From Gammaproteobacteria bacterium (GTDB taxonomy: Bacteria > Pseudomonadota > Gammaproteobacteria > UBA4575), in contig CBDCTA010000017.1 of the NCBI GenBank assembly GCA_965221955.1, forward strand, positions 8,649 through 72,648: a DNA stretch of 64,000 bases, given 5' to 3'. Below the pieces are notes generated by a model, which was not told where the DNA came from, did no database searches, and saw only the letters and a list, made by a program, of their open reading frames with translations. The translations under genes and the position numbers were made by a program. Each line of letters opens with the position of its first letter. Positions within the stretch are counted from its first letter, which is position 1. Shown in pieces: positions 56,604 to 64,000 of the stretch.

Positions 56604-57911
56604 CTAAGACTGTTTGTTTACAAAATCGTCAAAACTAAACGCTTTCTTAGTCTGTTTAGCTTTTTCTAACACATAGTCTACCACTTGTTCTTCCATAACC
56701 ATCATTTCAACATTGGCCATAGCTTCACGATTATTACGGTAGTACTGCTTGATCTCATCTGGTTTTCCATAACCAGCAGAAATCATATTGAGTTGCTCTG
56801 CAACCTTATCTTGGTCAAGCTTTATTTCGTTTTTCTGCACAATTTCGCTTATCAACAAACCAAGCGAGATCCTTTTTTTAGCCTCTTCTTCAAACAGATT
56901 ATCCGGCATCATCTCTTCTGGAGATTGGGCTTGCTCGGGAAGCTGCATGTTATTCAGCATCTGATTACGCAAGGTTTGTATTTCCTGTTGAATAAGCGCA
57001 TTCGGTGTTTCAACTTCATTTGCTTCAAACAAACTCTGCATGACATTGTTTTTAGCATACGCTTTCTTTCGTTGCTCTAACTCAAGCGTCATATTTTTTT
57101 TCAGCTGCTGACGGAAGCTTTCTTCTTTACCGTCTTCTATTCCAAATTCTTTGATTAACTCTTCATTAAGCTCAGGCAATTCACCTTCTTCAACTTTTAG
57201 CGCTTCTACTTCAAAAGTTGCGGTTTTTTCTGCTAAATCTTGTTGCATATACTCTTTAGGGAACGTGACATCAAAACTTTTTTTATCCCCTTTTTTAATG
57301 CCTTCAAGTTGTTTTTCAAACTCCGGTAATAAATTGCTTGAACCGATTACAGTTGCAAAATTCTCCTGACTTCCACCCTGAAACGCTTCACCACCAATTT
57401 TACCCACGAAATTAATCGTGACTTGATCTTCTGTCTTAGCGGCTCGATCCACTTCCGTCCAAAGCATTTTTTGTTTAAGAAGTTTGTTGACAATGTCATC
57501 AATATCGCTGTCTGTAACTTCTACTTCCGCCAATTCAACTTCAAGCTGTTCCAAATCATTTAATGTGATTTCCGGGTACACTTCGAATGTAGCAACATAT
57601 TTTAAGTCTTGATTGGCTTCTAAGTTTAACGGCTCAATACTTGGATTGCTTGCAGGCCGGAGTTTTTCTTGAACGATGGCTTCTTGATAACTCATTTGCA
57701 TCGTATCAGCGATAACTTCCTGAGAAACTTTTTTACCAAAGCGTTGGCGCACAACTGTCATTGGAACCTTGCCTGGTCGAAAGCCGGATAACTTTACTTG
57801 CTTACTTAAGTTTTTTAATTTTTCTTCAATGGCACTGCTTACTTTTTCAGCCGGGACTTCTACCGTCATTTTGCGTTCTAAGCCATTGGTTGTTTCGAGT
57901 GATACTTGCAT
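56604..57911 (-). CDS. tig: Trigger factor
   Basis: GFRPGKVP signature, FKBP domain. Confidence 0.98.
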   Translation of the reverse strand: MQVSLETTNGLERKMTVEVPAEKVSSAIEEKLKNLSKQVKLSGFRPGKVPMTVVRQRFGKKVSQEVIADTMQMSYQEAIVQEKLRPASNPSIEPLNLEANQDLKYVATFEVYPEITLNDLEQLEVELAEVEVTDSDIDDIVNKLLKQKMLWTEVDRAAKTEDQVTINFVGKIGGEAFQGGSQENFATVIGSSNLLPEFEKQLEGIKKGDKKSFDVTFPKEYMQQDLAEKTATFEVEALKVEEGELPELNEELIKEFGIEDGKEESFRQQLKKNMTLELEQRKKAYAKNNVMQSLFEANEVETPNALIQQEIQTLRNQMLNNMQLPEQAQSPEEMMPDNLFEEEAKKRISLGLLISEIVQKNEIKLDQDKVAEQLNMISAGYGKPDEIKQYYRNNREAMANVEMMVMEEQVVDYVLEKAKQTKKAFSFDDFVNKQS

Positions 57912-58042
57912 GGAGATTTATTGGTTATTTTTAAAAAATTGAAAATTTGTTTATATGGAATTATGTGTATACTTTTTCAAATTCCTAGTATTAACTGTGA
58001 AAAACCATACGCTTACACTTGTATATTTAGTGCGCTAAACGA

Positions 58043-58128
<86 letters not shown>

Positions 58129-58261
58129 ATACTTCACTACACATGGCGGCCTCATTCACCATATGAACTTGTGACTTTAGTATGAATCAACCAGAATTAT
58201 AACTGAAATAAAATCCTAAAAATCTAACCCCAGCTATATATTCAGACCCATCTTTTGCCCT

Positions 58262-59143
58262 ATGTCTGCACTTTTCATCTTTATCGTCTATTTTGCAATA
58301 GCACTTTTGTGCGGGACGACATTGGCCTATCCCCTGCACTCTATACTGTCAAATTGGTTTGAGCTAGATTTTGACCGCGTTGCCAGTCGCAGCGTGCTCC
58401 TCATTGCAATCCTATTATTCGTGCCATTATTCAAAATACTTAAGTTTAGCTCTTGGCAAGATCTCGGATACAAAACAGAAAGGAAACAATTTTTTGTCGA
58501 TTTAGTTAAAGGCATAGGCTTTGGAATCCTAATCATGTCACCAGTAATTGCTGGCCTTTTGATCACAAGCAACCGTGTTATGGATACAGATTGGGAAGTG
58601 ACCCTAGGAAATATAGCAGGTTTATTTGTTACCTCTTTGTTAGCGGGATTAATTATTGCCTTTATGGAAGAAACACTTTTTCGTGGCGCAATGTTAACCG
58701 CTATTGAAAAACATGGATCAGCTATATGTGCGATAAGCGCGACAAGTTTTATTTATGCACTTGTGCACTTTCTTGAACCCACTATCGAGTTTGATACGAA
58801 TACACTTCATTGGGGCAGTGGTTTTGCGCTATTAAAAAACTCTTTTTTACCCCTTACACAAATCAGTTCTATTTTTGATTCTTTCATTGCACTATTTTTA
58901 GCCGGGGTGTTGCTTGCTCTAGTTAGACTACGTAGCAACCGCATTGCATTTTGTATCGGCATTCACGCTGGTTGGGTAATCGTAATTAAAATGTTTAAAC
59001 GCATAACAGATACGAATGTTCAATCTGAATATGCTTTTTTAACTGGAAGTTATGACAAAGTTATTGGCTACCTGGCAGCAGTATGTATCGTGTTATTTAT
59101 ATTTTTATACTTAAAAACACAAAACAAAAAATTATTACAATAA
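58262..59143 (+). CDS. CPBP/Abi (CAAX-like) intramembrane metalloprotease
   Basis: EETLFRG, YALVHF, IGIHAGW motifs; multi-TM. Confidence 0.9.
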   Translation: MSALFIFIVYFAIALLCGTTLAYPLHSILSNWFELDFDRVASRSVLLIAILLFVPLFKILKFSSWQDLGYKTERKQFFVDLVKGIGFGILIMSPVIAGLLITSNRVMDTDWEVTLGNIAGLFVTSLLAGLIIAFMEETLFRGAMLTAIEKHGSAICAISATSFIYALVHFLEPTIEFDTNTLHWGSGFALLKNSFLPLTQISSIFDSFIALFLAGVLLALVRLRSNRIAFCIGIHAGWVIVIKMFKRITDTNVQSEYAFLTGSYDKVIGYLAAVCIVLFIFLYLKTQNKKLLQ

Positions 59144-59154
59144 TAAATGCAATA

Positions 59155-59787
59155 TTAATGATCTTCTTTTATTACCCGCTTCCAACCAACAAGATAACTA
59201 TCTAATATCCAAATACGATCGTTAATGTTTGCATAGCTGATTTCACGTGCATATTTTCCTTGCCAAGGTGTATTGGCATAATTTTGTTCTGCAACGCGGA
59301 CCTTTTTTTGTTCTTCATTTATAGCCACTATCACAGCTACATGACCAGTACCTAAATATTCTTCACCATAAATCAACAAGTCTCCTCTTTGCGGAACCAT
59401 TGCTGCACCATTCACAATAGAGACAAATTTAAAAGTTTGCTTGCTAGTTGGATTGCTCACTTCTGACAAGGCCCAAATATCTGCAGCAATATCTACATCG
59501 CCAAAAACAACATCATATTCATGCAATAACCATCTCCTGGCATATTCGACACACTGCCACTTAATTCCGGTGTAGGTGTCATTGAGGTGATTAGGCTCAA
59601 AAATCACACAGTTTGAGCTGCAGTTAGAATACGCTGGAATATTTGCTGGAGAAGTTCCCAATACAAGACCATAGTCCGATTCGCAATCTGTCAGACACTG
59701 TTGGGAAAGCTCGCTAGCAGATAAATCAGTGGCATAGCTGTAACCATGCAACAGAATGAATAGAATCAAAGTAAGACGTAGTTTCAT
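59155..59787 (-). CDS. Secreted CHAP-domain amidase (Gsp-amidase-like)
   Basis: Signal peptide; KWQCVEYARRW, GHVAVI, AEQN. Confidence 0.88.
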   Translation of the reverse strand: MKLRLTLILFILLHGYSYATDLSASELSQQCLTDCESDYGLVLGTSPANIPAYSNCSSNCVIFEPNHLNDTYTGIKWQCVEYARRWLLHEYDVVFGDVDIAADIWALSEVSNPTSKQTFKFVSIVNGAAMVPQRGDLLIYGEEYLGTGHVAVIVAINEEQKKVRVAEQNYANTPWQGKYAREISYANINDRIWILDSYLVGWKRVIKEDH

Positions 59788-59962
59788 AAGTGCTGGCTAT
59801 CAGTGAAAATAAACGGAAAGTATAGCGCTAATCGACCAAATTTCGATCAATCTAGACGGTGCTATTAAGTAGACAACCATTGCCAAGCAATATTCAGCAA
59901 ACTTTCCAAATTTTTGTTATAAATTGCAATTCCTACACCCTGATTAAGCATATGGAGTACGC

Positions 59963-60163
59963 GTGGGCCTTAAAGTGAACTGTACTGATTTAGCTGCCAT
60001 ATTTGGTGTCAGCCAAACTAAAATTGATGCCTGGGCAGACCAGGGATTGCCTTACTCTATCAAACCTAAAAAAAATAACTCTCAACCAACTACTTCGAAA
60101 GATTATATTTTTGATACCACTGAAGTGATTGAGTGGTGCATTAAAAATAAAATTTCTCTTTAA
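59963..60163 (+). CDS. Small winged-HTH protein resembling the lambda gpNu1 DNA-binding domain
   Basis: VN..DLAAIFGVS..KIDAW..QGLP...FDT.EVIEW; GGAG RBS before GTG. Confidence 0.65.
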   Translation: MGLKVNCTDLAAIFGVSQTKIDAWADQGLPYSIKPKKNNSQPTTSKDYIFDTTEVIEWCIKNKISL

Positions 60164-60227
60164 CTGTAAAGAATAGTCTGAAGAAATTGTTTGAAACAAT
60201 TTCGGAATATACTTACGTCCGTGTGGC

Positions 60228-60262
60228 TATAAGCCTGTACTTTAATTGAGTACAGGCTTATA
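60228..60262. terminator. Hairpin terminator downstream of the OmpA-family gene
   Basis: TATAAGCCTGTACT...AGTACAGGCTTATA, 14-bp stem between convergent genes. Confidence 0.75.
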
Positions 60263-60278
60263 AGTTAACTAAACAGTA

Positions 60279-61022
60279 TTACTGAGATACTCTCAGTTCA
60301 ACTCTTCTGTTTTGTGCACGACCATCTGCCGTCGCATTATCTGCAACCGGTTGAGATTCACCATAACCTGCAGATGACAAACGAGAACTACTCACACCAC
60401 GAGAAATTAGATAATCTCTTACGGATTTAGCACGTCTTTCTGACAATCCTTGGTTATATGCCGCATCACCTTGACTATCTGTGTGACCAGCAATCTCTAC
60501 TGCAACACCAGGGTTCGCATTCAACGTATCGGCCGTTGCATTAAGCACGGCGATAGACTCACTCTTTAACTCAGCTGAGTCGGTGTGGAATAAAATTCCA
60601 GTAAGGGAAATTGATTTTGCTTTAATTTCACATCCTGTTGCATCTACTTTTACTCCTGCAGGTGTGCCTGGACAAGCATCTTTACTGTCTACGACACCGT
60701 CACCATCGCTATCCAGCTCACAACCATTCGCATCCACTTTCGCACCAGCAGGTGTCCCAGGACATTGATCCCTATCATCGGTCACGCCATCACCATCTGC
60801 ATCCCCAGGAGCAGCAGGGACTGGGGTTTCCACCGAGCTAGGACAAATAACAGCTCCAAGCACTCCCCCAATTGCAGCACCACCAGGGCCAGCACCTGCA
60901 CCCCCCACCATAGCACCTGCAAACCCGCATGCCACACGACCATCGTGGGAACGTGTTGCACAACCTGTGGCCAATGCAATCACGAGCACAAACAAACCTA
61001 ATGTTTTTATACTTTTCATCAT
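60279..61022 (-). CDS. OmpA-family lipoprotein with glycine zipper and TSP3 Ca-binding repeats
   Basis: ATGC lipobox, DxDGDGVxD repeats, GHTDSQG, LSERRA, NRRVEL. Confidence 0.92.
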   Translation of the reverse strand: MMKSIKTLGLFVLVIALATGCATRSHDGRVACGFAGAMVGGAGAGPGGAAIGGVLGAVICPSSVETPVPAAPGDADGDGVTDDRDQCPGTPAGAKVDANGCELDSDGDGVVDSKDACPGTPAGVKVDATGCEIKAKSISLTGILFHTDSAELKSESIAVLNATADTLNANPGVAVEIAGHTDSQGDAAYNQGLSERRAKSVRDYLISRGVSSSRLSSAGYGESQPVADNATADGRAQNRRVELRVSQ

Positions 61023-61271
61023 AGATACTCTCCAACTCCAAGTTAAATTAATCTTTTGAATAGACTTTATAGTATTTCTACCATTAAGTCTTTGCAATTG
61101 TTACAGATTGAAATTACCAAACAAGTGTTGAAATGTTAAATGGAGTAAATCTAGAGAATAGAATTTTTCAAAACGATGTGACACTTCGCGACCAATTCTT
61201 TTGCGAATATATAGATAATACTGAATCGCTGCGCAATAACTTAATTTACGTGGAATGTCCCTACGCAAAGG

Positions 61272-61348
61272 TGGGGTGAGCGATGGGGATCGAACCCACG
61301 ACCACAGGAATCACAATCCTGCGCTCTACCAACTGAGCTACGCTCACC
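61272..61348 (-). tRNA. tRNA-His(GTG)
   Basis: G-1, CAGGA-TTGTGAT-TCCTG anticodon arm, CCA end. Confidence 0.96.
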
Positions 61349-61436
61349 ATAATGGGAATGTGAATAGTAGCGTATTTCTTTACAGATTGAATATGTTACT
61401 TAATAGAGACATACGCACAAATTTAAATCGACAAAT

Positions 61437-61528
61437 GAGAGGATTATTAAATACATCCATGTATTTAACCCTACGGGCCATTGCCTACGGCGATATTCAA
61501 AATTGCTTCAGGCAATTTTGTCGAACCT
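61437..61528. repeat. tRNA-linked structured repeat inserted in a T-arm fragment
   Basis: GAGAGGAT[...]TCGAACCT matches the tRNA-Arg T-arm; insert has TAAATAC-atccat-GTATTTA and CAAAATTGC/GCAATTTTG hairpins. Confidence 0.7.
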
Positions 61529-61560
61529 TAAGATTCGAATTTCTTCCAACATGCCATTTA

Positions 61561-61585
61561 ATTTATAGCCTGGCAGGCTATAAAT
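61561..61585. terminator. Hairpin immediately downstream of tRNA-Arg
   Basis: ATTTATAGCCTG-g-CAGGCTATAAAT palindrome. Confidence 0.5.
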
Positions 61586-61589
61586 TAAA

Positions 61590-61666
<77 letters not shown>

Positions 61667-61708
61667 AATGTGTATTAACTATATTTAATATCGACTTGAA
61701 ATTCTAAC

Positions 61709-61805
61709 TGGCGGTGCCTCGCACCGCATGCTCTATGCAGATTTTTGATCCTTTCAAAATCTGCACTTCCACCATCCCTGGTGGTCGCAGCTAAGCTACG
61801 GGCGC
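61709..61805 (-). pseudogene. Disrupted 5' fragment of tRNA-Arg carrying a REP-like insertion (61737-61787)
   Basis: TGCTCTAT[insert]CAGCTAAGCTACGGGCGC versus intact TGCTCTATCCAGCTGAGCTACGGGCGC. Confidence 0.75.
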
Positions 61806-61817
61806 AAACAGCGGGTG

Positions 61818-61847
61818 ATTGTATCATCAAGCATTAAATTTCGTGAA
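61818..61847 (-). promoter_or_regulatory. Likely sigma-70 promoter of the tRNA cluster
   Basis: TTCACG-N18-TACAAT followed by GC-rich discriminator CACCCGC. Confidence 0.5.
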
Positions 61848-61902
61848 CGCCCAGAATACTCAATTATCAGATAGGCAAGTGAACGCGAGTTGGAAAAAAG
61901 AA

Positions 61903-62193
61903 CTAAAATCTAGATTTATTTCGCATGATGCGAATATGATGCATACGAGAAACAAATTGTGGAAAAAGAAAAATCCAAAGCGCTTTCAGGTGAGTCAAAA
62001 TTGACTCACTAAAATGTATGACAGGAAGCCTGTAATGATACAACTTAGACTCATTATCACGCACATAACTTAGCAAGATCCCTAGAGATAGTATCAGTGC
62101 AATAACAGGCAGGACAAAAATGGATAGCAACATCAAAGCACTTATGATGAATAATTTAATAAGGCTTAAAACTAGATAGATAATCCATTTCAT
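61903..62193 (-). CDS. Hypothetical membrane protein
   Basis: Hydrophobic N-terminal half; GGGAAG upstream. Confidence 0.45.
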   Translation of the reverse strand: MKWIIYLVLSLIKLFIISALMLLSIFVLPVIALILSLGILLSYVRDNESKLYHYRLPVIHFSESILTHLKALWIFLFPQFVSRMHHIRIMRNKSRF

Positions 62194-62402
62194 TTTCGCT
62201 ATCTTCCCTAATTAGCTGCGCTTTTAACTACATACTATATTGACGCTATAAGCATTTAAAAGTTTAGACAGACTTCAAATTACCTGTATTTTTACAAACA
62301 GTTCATCTTGAATATGCTAAAAGTGGCATAATTACTAACGGTTTATATGGCTAATTAGTAAAACTAATAATTACACATATACTTAACAATACACACAACT
62401 TC

Positions 62403-63321
62403 ATGTCTAAGCTTTTAGTAATTTTTATTAAACTGCTTTCGCACTTGCCACTTTGGTTATTACATGGTTTAGCTTGGATAAGTTATGTTTTACTTTTTCA
62501 CGTGTTTAAAGTGCGACGTGAACTCGCACTAAAGAACATTAGAAATTCATTCCCTAATCATCCTGAGTCTGAACATTTCTCGATCGCTAAAAATCATTTT
62601 AAAAGTGCTTGCGCAGCTTTAGCAGAAAGCATCAAAAGTCTAAGCTTTAGCAAATCTCAAATAAAAGACCGGGTGAAATTTAATAACGTACAACTTTTAA
62701 AAAAATATTTAGACAATAATCAATCTGTAATTGTTGTCGGAGCACATTATTGCAATATGGATTGGGCATTACTCTCATGTGCGCAACAAGTTGACTATCC
62801 CATGGATGCTGTCTACCGTGAACAACGTTCAGAATGGCTTGAAGAAGTCTTTTATAAGTTAAGAACTCGTTTTGGAGTGCACCCCATCCCGATGAAATCT
62901 TTTATTGCTGAATCAATGAAGCGAGGGAAAATTACTCGTATGGTCGGCATAGCTGCTGATCAATCTCCTAAAAAAAATGACTCTCCTTATTGGCAAGAAT
63001 TTTTAAACCAAGAGACCGCTTTTCACTCTGGAATTGAAAAATTTTCCCGAGCATTCAAATACCCAATCCTATTTATGTCAATGGAACGTATTCGCGCTGG
63101 GCATTATGAAGCCACCTCTAAAATTATTAGCTGAACCCCCATACAATGATCAAGAACCAAATTACATTATTAAAAAATATGTAGACGAACTAGAAAACAT
63201 GATACACAACAACCCTTCGGATTGGCTCTGGGCCTACAGAAGATGGAAACTTAAAAAGCCAGTTTGCAATTTAATATTCATCGAGTTCAACTATTTTACA
63301 ATATATCGGCATACTTATTAG
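62403..63321 (+). CDS. LpxL/HtrB-like lipid A (lysophospholipid) acyltransferase, frameshift at ~63118
   Basis: KNIRNSFP, AHYCNMD, AADQSP, then PSDWLWAYRRWK in the shifted frame. Confidence 0.88.
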
Positions 63322-63370
63322 TCTTCAGTGACACTATTAAAGATTAGGCTTTCTCTAAGGTTATCTCAAG

Positions 63371-64000
63371 TTGCAAAAATCTCTTTTAAAACTTCTTTCA
63401 TCCATACCACTTGGTTTTTTATATAGTCTTTCTAAACCTATTTATTTTTTGCTTTTTCATGTTTTAAGATTTAGAAGGTCTATTGTAGAAAACAACATAA
63501 AAAACTCATTTCCGCACTTTAGCGACGCAGAAAGAAAACGTTTAATTAAAAAGCATTATCTAAACTTCATTGATGTTGCAATTGAAATCTTAAGAAGTAT
63601 TAGCATCTCTCCTGAGGAACTCTCCAAACATATTCAATTTGAAAATACGCATTTACTAGAAGAAGCGCTAAAACAAAATCAAACCGTAATGCTTTCACTC
63701 GCGCATCATTGCAACCAAGAGTGGGCGCTTTTAGCTATGTCGCAAACATTGCAATTTCCATTGGACGGAATTTATAAGCCATTGCATATTGATTGGCTCA
63801 ACGAATTGGCGATTGAATCTAGATCAAATTTCAACACCACATTAATTCCAGCCAAGACCTGTGTAACCGATTTAATAAAACGCGCCAAACAAACTCGAAT
63901 TATTGCAATTGCTGCTGATCAAGCACCTCGTCGCAGAGACGAAGCTTATTGGACGGAGTTCATGAACCAGCAAACTCCATTTTATTTGGGGCTGGAGAAA
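63371..64000 (+). CDS. Second LpxL/HtrB-like acyltransferase (partial, runs off window end)
   Basis: TTG start; NNIKNSFP, AHHCNQEW, GIYKPLH, IAADQAP, WTEFMNQ. Confidence 0.88.
   Translation, partial: MQKSLLKLLSSIPLGFLYSLSKPIYFLLFHVLRFRRSIVENNIKNSFPHFSDAERKRLIKKHYLNFIDVAIEILRSISISPEELSKHIQFENTHLLEEALKQNQTVMLSLAHHCNQEWALLAMSQTLQFPLDGIYKPLHIDWLNELAIESRSNFNTTLIPAKTCVTDLIKRAKQTRIIAIAADQAPRRRDEAYWTEFMNQQTPFYLGLEK

Overview
AT-rich gammaproteobacterial chromosomal window. The housekeeping backbone runs ftsH'-rlmE-greA-carB-carA, dapB-dnaJ-dnaK-grpE-hrcA (with a perfect CIRCE), nadK-recN-bamE-rnfH-ratA-smpB, dnaQ-rnhA-methyltransferase-mltD, a Ser/Thr kinase-PP2C-FHA trio, a peptide ABC operon, fabI, ppiD-hupB-lon-clpX-clpP-tig, five tRNAs and two tandem LpxL-like acyltransferases. 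Accessory patches lie at about 6.3-10.6 kb, 30.6-31.7 kb, 39-47.7 kb (including a decayed OLD-family ATPase/TOPRIM nuclease) and 58.2-61.1 kb. The most interesting signal is non-coding. Two unrelated single genes (a membrane protein and a delta-class carbonic anhydrase) are each bracketed, in the same polarity, by a 28-bp 11-6-11 palindromic site (ATGTCCGCTTT-N6-AAAGCGGACAT-like) with end-specific spacers. They resemble promoterless gene cassettes of an unnamed site-specific recombination system; no recombinase gene is in the window. A second family of ~50-60 bp double-hairpin mini-elements with an ATCCAT/ATGGAT-type loop has inserted into one of these sites, into itself, into tRNA fragments and into the 3' end of a gene. 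Several single-base frameshifts in ordinary genes (carA, the kinase, delta-CA, lpxL) look like assembly errors. All calls come from reading the sequence; no database searches were run.
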